DNA of 32,000 bases from an uncultured bacterium (GTDB lineage: Bacteria > Margulisbacteria > WOR-1 > CAVSGV01): assembly GCA_963699255.1 (NCBI GenBank), contig OY969425.1:480001-512000 (forward strand), written 5' to 3'. The notes under the pieces were generated by a model, which saw nothing but the letters and a program-made list of their open reading frames with translations, made no database searches and was not told the DNA's origin. The position numbers were made by a program, and so were the translations under genes. Positions 1 to 13,000 of this stretch are shown in pieces; position 1 is the stretch's first letter, and each line of letters begins with the position of its first letter.

Positions 1-1
1 T

Positions 2-556
2 GGGATATTGTGCGAGGGCATTCTAAATCTATCAAAGTGTGAGGTTTCTGGCAACACAGGAGGGTTCGGTGGGGGTGTTGTATGTTTATATAATGGCAAA
101 ATATCAAATTGTTTGATAACCAATAATATCGCGGGTGGGATATCTCTTTTCGATTATTATGGGATGAGTGTCGATGTTGTTAATTGTACAATTGCATCAA
201 ATGAATCACAAGGTAGTTATACTCCAGGAAGAGGTGTTTATTCTTATTATAGTTTAAGTAAAATAATTAATTGTATAATTTGGGGTAATGTATCTCAAAT
301 TAGCGTCGCGACTGATAATTATGGTGATCCATATGGAACATTAACAGTTAATAATTGTGATGTCCAAGGTGGCTATACAGGCGTTGGCAATGTTGATGCA
401 GATCCCTGTTTTTCATCAGGTTCCGATTTTCATTTAACAAGCAGTTCCCCTGCAATTGCAACGCAGGGTGGCACACAAGAGGGTTGCCCAGCTTGTGACT
501 ATGATGGGCATACAAGAACATATCCATATTCGATGGGAGCATATGAATATGATTAA
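2..556 (+). CDS. Partial (5' truncated) right-handed beta-helix / choice-of-anchor-type secreted protein C-terminus
   Basis: Frame is open to the window edge; motifs NCIIWGN, NNCDVQGGYTGVGNVDADPCF and SPAI..G are typical of parallel beta-helix surface proteins. Confidence 0.7.
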   Translation, partial: GILCEGILNLSKCEVSGNTGGFGGGVVCLYNGKISNCLITNNIAGGISLFDYYGMSVDVVNCTIASNESQGSYTPGRGVYSYYSLSKIINCIIWGNVSQISVATDNYGDPYGTLTVNNCDVQGGYTGVGNVDADPCFSSGSDFHLTSSSPAIATQGGTQEGCPACDYDGHTRTYPYSMGAYEYD

Positions 557-601
557 CGTTTCTTCATATTTTCGATTATATTATGAAAGGAAGTATTCTA
601 A

Positions 602-1093
602 ATGAATAAACTGATCCGATCGATCACCCCGGTTGTGCTAGTCTTGTTTGTTTCCGTCTTTGTTTGTCCATGCTGGGCAAAAGAAGGAGATATAACGGCA
701 AAGGTTGAGATGCAAGGCGGAGTTGATCAAGGCACAATATTTGTAATGAAAGCGAGCTTATTCCGAGAAGATGCTTCGGGTATGAAGAATCCAATCTTAG
801 AAAACAACGCCATTAGGATTGAGGTTCCTGATGGATTCAATGTTCGAAGCGAAACAATTTCAACCACCAACGAAGGACAACACATATATCAGATAGTTGC
901 CCCAATAAATGAAAAAGAGTATCCCATCACATTAATATTCGACAATCAAAAAGAAGCCCCTTTGAGATTCGGCTATAAGATCAAAGTTGTTAATCCAGGA
1001 TCATACTATATGCAATTAGCGATAGGTTTTGGAGTGGTAATATTACTGTTGATCGGCTTAAAAGTGTTTTGCGATTCTTTTATAATAAAATGA
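602..1093 (+). CDS. Small exported protein: signal peptide, beta-rich ectodomain, C-terminal TM helix (cassette copy 1)
   Basis: 163 aa; hydrophobic N-terminus ending CWA, and C-terminal hydrophobic segment LAIGFGVVILLLIGLKVF; ATGA overlap with the next gene; paralogous to 21751-22233 and 22548-23063. Confidence 0.75.
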   Translation: MNKLIRSITPVVLVLFVSVFVCPCWAKEGDITAKVEMQGGVDQGTIFVMKASLFREDASGMKNPILENNAIRIEVPDGFNVRSETISTTNEGQHIYQIVAPINEKEYPITLIFDNQKEAPLRFGYKIKVVNPGSYYMQLAIGFGVVILLLIGLKVFCDSFIIK

Positions 1094-4000
1094 AAACAAA
1101 ATTAACTTTATTATTAATGATGTTTATGCTGCTGTTTTTAAGCAAAGCATTTTTTAGTTGTTATGGCGTAGAATCAGTAATCAAACCCTCACCCAATTAT
1201 TTAGTAATTTTGGTTCACGGTATAGCTGAAACCAGCGATATATTTGATGATGATGGTAGCGGTCATCTAAAACCTTATCTAGAAGATTCCCTAAGTCTTC
1301 CAGGCTATGTCTATGCTTACGATTTTAATGATAACAAAGGATCAAATGTTGTCGCCGCAGATGAACTAGGCAATCAGTTTATCCCTCGGGCATTAAATGA
1401 TTTTAAAGCATGGTATGCCAGTAAAAACCACATAGCAGTTAATGATATCCCGCAAAATGTTATCCCTCAAAAAGTCGTTTTAATAGCCAAGAGTGAGGGC
1501 GGCCTAGCTTCCAGAGTGTACCTGACTTCCAATTATTATCATGATAATGTAAGAAAGCTCATCACATTGGATACCCCTCATCTAGGCTCAGATGCGGTAA
1601 CTTACAAAAAGCTACTATATACACCGGAGAATGTTGCCATGACTATGGCATATGCTGGTGTTGGCTTGGGATACATAATATTGCAAATGCAGGCACATAC
1701 AGCTTCCTTTGCGGATATATATTTTGATGGCGCGATATTTGCAGGGATTGTATCGCCAACAGAGCAGTTCATTTTAAAAGATTTTGTTGCAAAATGGGGC
1801 GATCCTGCCCTAGATGAGATGGACCCGGAAGGGGATTTTATTAAGCATTTGAAAGGTGCTGAAGTCCTCCCAAATAAATCGCCGATTGAATACCGATTGG
1901 TTTCTGCGCATGGCTTTCCATCTCCGGATATAGAAGGGATTAAAAGCTTTTATTTGCTTAAAGGAATTCCTCTAATTAATGCCATTGCAACCCCTTTTGA
2001 CAGCAGATATTGGGATCTTCCTACCACACAAGCTAAGGTTGAAAGTGTGGCAGCAGCAGTTGCAATTTCCGGAGGCACCTTTACAAAAGATGGGAGCATT
2101 GTTGTAGATATTGATAGCGCGTATGGACATGGAGTGTCGTTGTTTAGTCAAAATACAAAAAGATATGACTATCTCTTTTATAATGAACCGGTCGAAGAAT
2201 TTCTGAATGTCCAAATAAACAATGAGTACAATGATATTCATGCAGTCCAAGCCCTATCTGGCTTCAATCCAGCCTTAAATTGTCTGGATCTTATTCCTAT
2301 CGCTGATATGGGGAGTGTAATAGCTACTAATCTTGGCACAGCAATTGATATTGGGACTATTAAGATTGGTGGCGAAAAGGAAGATAGTCTTATATATAAT
2401 GCTTTTGCACATCATCATCTTGTTGAAAAGGTTTACTCCGAAGGCTCCCCCAACATCATAGATCAATGTTTGTTCGACACCCCCATGGCCACCGTCACTC
2501 ATCTTGACACCGATGTCTCGACTGAAGAATACAATATCAGCCAGAAGATCGTTCATACTGGCACAATTCAGCCTGTCGAGATCCTAAATACTTCCGAAGC
2601 CAGCGATACCCCGCCTTATGCAGCCGATCGTTCTGTTTCCCTCATCTTCAATGAAGGAACAACTAATGAAGTAGAGAAATATACATCATCCATGCTTGTG
2701 AAGGCCCCCGTCACTCAAATATCAGGAGTAATCCATGACTTTAAACCCTTGATGCTTCAAAGCTTCCAGATAAGTGAAAACTTTGCGGCATGGCAGGAAT
2801 TTCATCCGAACACCTGCTCGACGCATACAGATCCTCAGGGGTTTAAATATATCGATGTTGACGCGAATAAATTTCATCTTCATATGGACGAATGGGGAAA
2901 ATACACGATATCGGGTCTTAACTTTGCCGAGGGACAGAATCTGATCGGATTCAAGCTGACAAACAGGGCCAAATACAGCTCGAATCAGGTTTTGAAGGTG
3001 ATACAAAATACCATCCCCATGCAAGCCTCTAAATATCAGCCTGAATCGAATTTTATGACCAATAATGTCTATCAGCCCATAAGTGTTGAATTCAATAAAT
3101 CCACTTACTACGAAGACGAAGCGGGGAAAATTCAGATCGTCTCATTCGAAGTGGATGGAACGCCAATGCTCAGCAACGCCAATATAACTTCCGAGATCGA
3201 CGGAGCCTACCATCCCTATGCAAGAGTGAATTATACGCCCAAAACGCCGTTGTCCGACGGCGAACACGCGATCGTCGTCAGCGCAAAGTCGGACGTCGGC
3301 GTATCTCAAGCCATCTGGGCATTCTTTGTCGATACCCAGCCGCCGACTATATCGATCGAGGCATTGTCTCCTTTCTCGCCGCGCGCTCCCGGGACCGGCG
3401 AGGCGAACAACATATCGATCCGATACACCACAACAGACAACCTCTCGACATTTCTCAGAAGCATTACAGCCAGACTCTACGACTCGAATAATAACTTTAT
3501 TACTGAATTAGCTACATTTGATACACAAGCTGTTGGCGAAAACTTTATTCCTGTAAACAGTACACAGTTAACTGTAAACGGTTCTTTGATCCCTGACGGT
3601 AATTATTCGATCAAAATAAAAGCGTATGATCAGGCCGGCAATGTCACCACCGAATCTGTTGCTTTAGTAATCGACTCGACCCCGCCATCAATAATCCAGG
3701 CTGATGTCAACCCGAAACCTATGACCTCTAATTCAGATTCTCTAAACTTTAGCTCCCAGCTTTCGGAAAATTCGATAGTCACGATAAAGATGATAAATAA
3801 AGCGACAAATGTAGCTTCTGCTTATATAACACAGGCGCAAAGAGCGGGAAGTGAAGAGAGTGCAACAGCTTCCTATTCCTGGAGCTACAATAATCAATTC
3901 GGCTCCAACGGCCCCGACGACGGAATATACAGGCTGGAGATCACCGCCCAGGACCAGGCCGGCAACGTTTCCGATCCGTATGTTATCGATAATGTTAAGA

Positions 4001-7000
4001 TCGACCGAACTCCGCCGTTCATATTCTCGAACGCATGCCTGCCTTATGTGCTTGCAAATGTCGGCAACGATCCATACACAACAACTCTCAGTTATCAGGT
4101 ATCGGAATCAAATGACAAACCTGAGAACCAGGATGAGAGCTGTAATGTAACCGTCAGTTTATTTAATGAGAACTCAGGCGAGCTGATCAAGACATGGGAC
4201 AATGCGCCGGCGAATATCGGCGAAGTGAACTCGATAAACTGGAATGGGGATTCGACCCAGTACGGCAACGGGTCTTATAAATTCGCGATAACCGCTACGG
4301 ATGCATCCGGCAATTCTTCTACCGCGTATTCTTCCTGCGTCAAGAACGGCATCGCTCCTGTAATTTCATTTCCGGCAAATAACGGAACCGTATCCGGAAC
4401 TATCGCTATTCGCGGCACCGCAGTAGACCCCGACTGGACGAACAACCTGCCGTTCAAAGATTACAAAATATACTATGCTAATGGAAATGTGCAGTGGACA
4501 GGGGGCAGTGGGCAGGATCCGGATCCGTCTGTGTGGAGATCCGACGTTATCGAAGTCCCGGATGTTGACCGCGATCCGGCATCCGGTATCAGGAATCTAT
4601 CAATAAGGCCTTTGCAGAATGATTCCACACTCGCTTATCTCTACTCTAATGGGCTTGACAATGGAACTTACACTTTACTGCTTATCGCGGAAGAGGACGG
4701 AGGCACAACGTCGGCCTGCACAAGGGTCATCCGGGTCAGCAACGATCCTATGATAACGTCAACGAATGTTCCTGTGGTGAAACTTGACCCGCTTCCCCAA
4801 AAAGTCCATTTCACGTCTGACGGAAAAGTTACTCTTCCGATCTCGTTCATGAATGGGATCAAGGAATCGAACGTCAATATTGAAATAGCACAATTACACA
4901 ATTCCACAATGACCAATGAAGGTATTGTATTTTATAAATTCCAGCCGGACATCATCGGCAATCAGTACACAGGCAAACCGCAATATATACCCGGTAAAGA
5001 TCTAGGCTATTACCTCTGGACCGACGAGACCGGATGGCACATCCGCTGGTCATCGGACGGGACAAACCACCATTTCACGGGCAGTTTGATGGGGTCAGGA
5101 ATTACGGATATCCAAACCTTCAATTGGACTCCGTCAGGACAGGTACAGGGCTTTGTTAACTGGGATACGAATATGTCAAATGGCGAATCCGGCATTGACT
5201 TTACCGCGAACAGCGGCGGAATGATCATAATTACTCCGAAGATCGACGAAGATCCAAATGTACCCACTTTTAATGCTTCAAACATATATTTAGGCATGAC
5301 AAAAGCGACACAGGCATATTTACCCATCATGATAAACACTTCAATGGAAGGTGTCGCGCCGGCAGTTGTCAATTGGGACGGGAAGCTTGATACCGGAGGA
5401 TATGTTGATTCCGGCGTATATACCGTCCGAGTGCGTTCCGAAGGCGCGGACGGGGTCGGGCTTGCAACGGACGAAGCTCAGGTAGAGGTTGAAACGGACT
5501 ACGATGTGTCAAACGTTGAGACTGTCAATAACAGCTTCTCGCCGGTAGGCGCTCCCGATAGAGTGTCGATCTATTACAATGTTTCAAAAGATTCATATAT
5601 CACGGCCTATGTCTATCAGGACGGCAGCGGTACGCCTGCCGCAACCATAACCAGCGAGGCCTTCGTATCAGGAAATATGAACCCGAACCATAAGCATGTT
5701 ATTAACTGGCGCGGCAATTATCCGAACTCTGATTCCACCCAGTTCTTCAGCGGCGGCGGGTTCAATATAAAGATCATCGCGACTGCGGCTGACGGCTCCG
5801 GCAGTAAAGAGATCAATATCGACGGCATAAGTATTGCAGGAACAAGGACCGACTCAAGCCTTGCAAGCCTCGATCCGATAGGGGATGAGGTTATGTTCAA
5901 CGGCGTTCCTTCCAGGATAGCGAACGGCTCATCGGATTATTTCTTTGAAGCCCGCGGAACGGGGCGCCTGTATCCACCAAAGGAATTCAGCTTCAACATC
6001 GCTCCCTACGGAAGACAAACTGTCACTACTTATCCTTATGTTCCCTTCGCAGCGTTGATCCATAGGGGATATAAGCAGGTGGATGTAAAAATGCGCGGGG
6101 AGCTGAGCGGTGCAATAAGGGAGCATTTTACAGAGGGATCAGCTGGCGCAAGCGAACAGATACATACAGAAGGGTTTCGTGTCGGGCTTGATGAGATGGC
6201 GTGGGGTTTCAGGAGCGATAAAGAAGAAATGAACGCGGCCGCACAAAGAGGCCCTTATGCAATTTATTTGCGCGGCAAAAGTGTGAATAGCATATATGCG
6301 GGCAGGAATGCCGGCGCAACGACAAAATTCTACGGCAGCCCGTATCTTTCTTTGACTTTTAATACAGGTAGGGGGGATCCCGGTTATTTCCTGGATAATA
6401 TTGACAATATCCCGGTTATGGAACAATTTGATATAAACATTCCTCCGACCGTGGAAAGCCAGGGAGACGCAAAAGAAAATGATTATATAAAAGGAATATT
6501 GGAAAATATGATGAGTAAAATGACCCTGGACTACCCGAGCACAAAAGGGATGTTCAAGGTCGAGATAAATTATGACGATTTCAAGATAAATAAACATACA
6601 GATGCCGCGTCATCCAGTGGATTCATTTTTTCTCCCCGCAGGAGGGTAGCTACTATCCAGCCGCCAATCGGGAATAACGGATCGGATTTCTGGTGCCGCG
6701 CCAGGGTCATGCTTGAGGCGCCCGTCCAGTATTCGCGATTGACCAACAGGTTTATTCCCTTTTTTGGCTTTGTAAATAGGAATGTGTCAACTTCAGAATC
6801 TTTGGCGGGAGCTAATTACAATATAGACCAACTAGGTTTCCCTGGAGATGAGTTCTTCAATAAATCGAATGCAAAGCCGTATAATGAGTACGACGAAATG
6901 CTTGCTTCCGCTGCGGCAAGGCAGAACATGTCTAAAGCAGATCTGATTAAAGCTTTGAGCGATTTGAGCATCCAAAAGAATTATATCGGAACGTTAACAG

Positions 7001-10000
7001 CTCCAACATGCACAGCCAGCTTTGAGTATTATCTCACTGACCCGATTTCCGGCGAGTTCGGGGATATATTGCCGGGAACAGAGATCATCCCGATAACCGT
7101 CCCGGACGGTGAACAGCCGATACTTATTTCCGAAAAAACACCCAACAAGTATTATACCGGCGGTGGAACGATCGAAATTCAAGGCCTACAGGTGGGCGCC
7201 AAAACCGATTATACAAGCGCTTACGATAATACCAATCATCTGCCATTTTTCTCCTTCAATTTCCCTGCCTCTGAAGCGGAGATACAGCAGTTCCAGAGCA
7301 ATAATGACGCGCTTCTCGATAAGTTCAAAAGATCGCCTTCGCTTTGGACGGGAATAAGCGCATCTTCTCCGCATGAGCTTGATATAACCTCGGTCACACG
7401 GTCGATCGAAGCTGTGACAAAACTTGGTCAGTCCATCAAATACGGCAGCAACGGATATTATTATAAATCGGATACGCTTGGCAGTCTCTGGGGATGGAAT
7501 TCGAACAATTATCCCAATGCGACAGATATCCGATATTCGATCGATGATATTTCGGACCAATCCATATCGCTTGATACCGACCAAACGGGAACCGGCGAGT
7601 TTTCAACAAACTCCTGCTTGATCGGGTCTATTCAGGGCGCGAGCGGTCAGATGTGGGCCACCGCCGATGACCCTATGCTTTCGGCTTTCGGCGGATGCAT
7701 TGCCAGCCGTGAAATATTCAACAGGGACGGTTTCAGCGGATATTCGCAATTTATAAATATATCCGATCCGTACATTAAAAATGTAGTTAATTTGCAGAAT
7801 ATGAACTCGCCGGACATGACTAAATATACTTTCTGGAAATATGACCCTGCTATATCTTCTATTGACGCTTTTAACCCCGTTGACAACCAATACCTGACCT
7901 ATGACAATTGGAGCATAGATCTTAAAGACCTGAGCGGGGGCGAAAACACGGATCTTGCCGCCGTAACGCCTGAAATGGACAGCAGCGACCATTTAAAAGA
8001 TCAATTCAAGGTCAAGCTGAGGCTGGATTCGGCAGAGAAGAAATATATCGACATAACAGGATACGCTTCCGGAGAATACTATCTCATGTATTTCGACGGC
8101 AACTCATGGAACCAAATAGGACATTCCCTGAAAGGCGCCAATGGAATGCTTGGATGGTGGAATGTATCCAGGCTCAACGGGAAATACACGGTCGTCCTCA
8201 AGCTTGCAGGAAGCGACATTATCTCTTCTCAGGATGTTTTGATCGGGAGCATCGTGAAGAATGATCATGTCACGACCGTTTCAAGCCCTTATAAGAGGGC
8301 AGAGGTCACCTTCAAACCCGGCGCTTTTGATAAGGACCAACTTGTGACCGTTACTCCGGTCAAAATGGACGAAATAGATATCTCGAACAGGCCACTGATC
8401 CCGACCGTTGGCCCGATAGTGGAAGTCAAACCTTCGCCCTACTATTTCAGCTGCGGTTCAACTGAATCAGAGGACTATCGTCCAACTTTAGTGTTCAAAT
8501 ATACTAAAGAGGATCTGTTAGAAATGTACCCGGACCTTAAAGAGGTGAACGGCACTTTGGAAGTGGCAAGCCTGGGACTCAATATACATCAGATCACTCA
8601 GAACGGCGATCTACAGGTCATTTCGGATAATAAGCAGAGCTATAACGACGGCATCTACGCGTTCGAAGGACCGCTCGACCATTTCTCAGAATACGCTCTG
8701 ATAAGGGGGAAATACAACCTTATAGCCCCGATAATCCAAACCGACAGGTATAACGTGAACTTTTCGCCGATAACGGTTTACGGCACGGCGCCGGCTGATT
8801 CGGTTCTGAACGTTTATGTGAGCCCGTCAAAAGAAGTTGATATTTCATCTCTTGGATCAATCGCCTCGCTTGACCTTCCCAAAAATGATTCAGGAATAGC
8901 GGAATTCAGATTTGACAGAATTCCGCTTGCCGCCGAAGGCGATAATTACATCTTCGTCACTTCAACACAAGGAGGAGCAAGAACATTATCGGATATCAGG
9001 GTCAATTATGACTTAACACCCCCAACCGTGGAAGTAGCAGCGGATATTCCCGCGTACTCACCGAACGGGGACGGCAAATTCGACATTGTCACCTACAAGG
9101 TCAAGTCGAATGAAGACGGAAAATTGTATTTCACTTTGCAGGGGACAAATGGGGACACGATAATCAATAATGAACTATCATGCGAAGCTGATGAAGAAAT
9201 AAAGATATACTGGGATGGAAGCCAGCTGTATATGTACCTGGGAGCCGATAAGGTCATTCTGGGAGAAGCGCCTGTCCGGGAAGACGGCGAATATGCATAT
9301 ATTGTCTTCGCGATAGATGAATCAGGCAACATATCAAATAATATCGTTGGGAAAACGATAGTCGATCGTGTCGCGCCGAAGATATCCGGACTGACCGCCA
9401 GCCCGAATCCTTTTTCGCCGAATGATGATCAAGTTAACGATACGACCACGATCTCGTTCGAGGTCAATGAACCCAGTTACGCTACCGTCAAGATCTTCCG
9501 CGGCGGCGAACTTTTCAGGTCTTATGGGTTTTCTATTCCCGATGCTCTAAGCTCTATTCCCTGCTTTACCTGGGACGGCAGCGGAGACCATAACGAACTG
9601 ATCGGCGGAAGTTATACGTATTATGTGGAAGCCGAGGACTCCGTCGGGAACATGTCGACTTCTGAAACAGGAACGATATTTGTTGATAGGGAGCCTTATC
9701 TGGTCCAGTACGCTTACTGCGATCCTTATTACTTTGCTCCGAAGAACCCTAAAAACAATATGACGAACGTCAAGTATTCTCTTTCAAGGGATGATGTCAA
9801 AGTGACCGTCGAGATATTTAACGGAACGGGCAAAGTGATCGCAACTCCGCTTGACGAACAGGTGGAAAACTCGGGGGAGCATCAGGTTTCATGGAACGGC
9901 GAAGGAGCGATCGATGGGACATACGGTTTCAGAGTGAAGGCGTTGAGCGTGGACGGTTCGGCTTCATGTGAGGTTACGGGAAATCTTGTGATCGATAATG

Positions 10001-13000
10001 AACCTCCAACAGTGATCATCAAAAGTTGCAATGTGGGAGATACAAGCTGTGAAGTGGTTTATTCGATACCTGAAGATGCGAAGGTAACGGTGAATGTTGT
10101 TGATCAGAACGGGACGGCAGTTGAAACCATTGTGACCGGTGAAACGCAGACAGCGGGACAATACGAGCCCGTCTGGAATTTCGATTCGGGGAATACGGAA
10201 CCCGGTGCGCAGTATTCATTCAAGATCTCAGCTGAGGATAAAGCGTTAAATACCGACGAAAAACAAAGCGCAACATTCAGTTTGCCCGGCCCGCTGGAAA
10301 TATCCGGTGTTTCCTCGGCTCCCGCGATATTCAATCCGAACAGCGAAATAATAAACAAATATACGACAATAAAATACCGGCTGTCTTCAAAAGCCGATCA
10401 ATCCCAGGTAACCATTAAAGTACTGACGGATGCCGGAGCTACTGTGAAGCGTTTGACGGACGGCGAATATCAGACGCCGGGATCATATTCGATCTTCTGG
10501 TACGGCGATGACCTGACGGGCAAAACCGTTACTGCGGGAAATTATACAATTGATATTTCAGCGGTCGATCCCCTTGGCAATAAAGCGAGTGTGCAGGTCC
10601 CTGTTATTGTGGCTGCAAATTCGTCATGCGTCCTTTCCGTGACCCCGGAAGTCTTCTCTCCGAACGGCGATGGCGTCGCTGATACAGCGACTTTCACTTA
10701 CTCTGTCGATTACTACTGGCAGTTGACGGGCGAGGCATATATTCAACTCGACGTCCTGGATGGCAGCGGAAATTCGATTTATACGTATTCAGACCATCAT
10801 ACTCAGGGCACGTACTCGCATATATGGAACGGGCAGGGGGCTTATGATGGGCAGTTCAATGCGGTCATAAAAATGACCGATCCCGCGGGCTCGGTGATCT
10901 ATTCAAATATTGTGCCTATAAAAGCTGATATGAAAGCCGGCTCGGCACTACCAGAAACAGGCTTCATTTATAATAACGGGTTCACTCCGAATGGAGACGG
11001 ACAGAGTGACACATGCGCATTCATCTATTCCATTGACGAGCCAAGTTATGTCACGGTAAAAGTCCATACGTTCAGCGCGACAGCATCTTATGACGCAACA
11101 AACCTTGTGAAAACCCTTGTTGATAATGTCCTGACGCCGGCCGGGACACAGGAAGTCATATGGGACGGCTCAACGGACGGGCCGGGAGATACCGACGGGA
11201 ACGGTTTCGTGAATAAAGGCGAATATGTTTTCGCCCTTGAAACTACGGACCAATTCGGCAACATATCGCCAAAGCAAGGCGCCACGGTCTGGGTTCAGGA
11301 TGTTCCTTTGAACATAAACGCTCCGTCTTTGATCGAGAACCCCACTCCGAAAGTTTTAGGATCAAATGGAAGCAACATCAATTTCGCTTTTACGCTTTCT
11401 CAAAGCCTTGAAGGAGAAGCACAGGAACCGGAAAAATTTACGATATCCGGAATGAAGATAAAGGCGGCGGGTATATATGATGTGGGGCGGGTCACAGTTA
11501 AAGTCTATGATCATGCCGGTAACCTTGCGGCTACTCTTGCGAATAAGCAGGTTTACGATAATAACGGGACAAAAACGGTTTCATGGGATGGCTCCGGCGC
11601 GTCGGAGGACAAATATACGATAATAGCTTCGGCGGAAGACTTGACGGGAGTCCCCGCGGCCCAGAGTATCAGCGGTGTAACTTATCTCGATAAAACCCCT
11701 CCGGTAATTTCGGGCGTTTCCATCAGCAGAAGTTGTTTCAGCCCGGGCATCAATGATGTATCAATTAACTATTCCGTTTCCGATAATCTCTCGGCGCTCA
11801 CGACCGATGTTGCCAACAAAGTCAAAGCCACGATCAAGGTCTATAATAATGATGTTCTGACTAAAACCATTACAGACGGCGTTACAAAAGATTCAGGTTC
11901 GGTTTCCGCCGATCTCTGGGACGGGACTAGGAACATCGGGGGATATGTAGGCACGGGCAATTCCGCAAGTAATGAACCGGACGGGGAATACACTATAAAG
12001 ATTTCAGCGGTCGATGTGGCGGGCAATACCGCGGAAGTTTCGCAGGCGGTTTATGTCGATACTATCGATCCTGATATAACGAATATTTCAATTTCTCCGA
12101 GTCCGTTCAGCCCCGGAGGAGCCAAGCCAAACTCAAACATAACTGCGAGTATAACCGATGAAAGCTCAGTGACATGGGAAGTGAAGATAGAGACTGGAGC
12201 AAATCCTGTAATTTCCTTCGGCTCCGGAACATCGGTCAGCTGCACCTGGAACGGGATGAACGGTATAGTAAGCTATGAGGGGGACGGAATTTATAATTGC
12301 GTCATAAGTGCTTTTGATGCGGCGGGGAATGTCTATCAGACCACCAGAGTTATTACGACCGACACCGTTGCTCCTGTTATAACCGCTTCAGCAAGCCCGG
12401 AATTCTTAAGCGGCAACATGGGACAGATAACAACGCTTGAGATGAGCATAAGTGACATGAATGACCATATATATTGGAATGTGATTATTGCCGGGAGCAC
12501 CGAGTCCGGAAGTGTTGAAGGAAATACAGTAAATGAGGTTTTCATCTGGGAGCCTCCGCATACATCTTCGGGTGACGGAAGCTATAATTTTGTTATAACA
12601 GCTACTGACGATGCCGGGAATACTCGGACAACTATTGAGACAGTATCAATAGATAATACTCCTCCCGTCATATCGATCGAATCGCCAGCCGGTCAAACAT
12701 GGCTAAAAGGATCGGTGTCTATTGATGGATCCGTTCAGGATCCTCATCCCGGAACATGGACACTTTATTATGCAGGCGGGATTATCGGATCCGGCACAGG
12801 GAACATATCAGATCAGCTGCTTGGCTCCCTTTATGTCGGCACTCATGATGGAGATATTGTCGTCTCTCTTGTCGCTACTGACGCGGCTGGCAATCCTGCC
12901 ACTCCTGTTTCAAGAGAATTGTATATCGATAACACTCCTCCGGTGTTCACATATATTACAAGTGAAGTCGGCACATCAATGCAAAATTATTTTAATCCAT

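Noticed and set aside
3326-5372. Small ORFs such as 3326-3511, 3851-4150 and 5010-5372
   Set aside because: Alternative-frame ORFs inside the continuous giant gene with no signal peptides or motifs.
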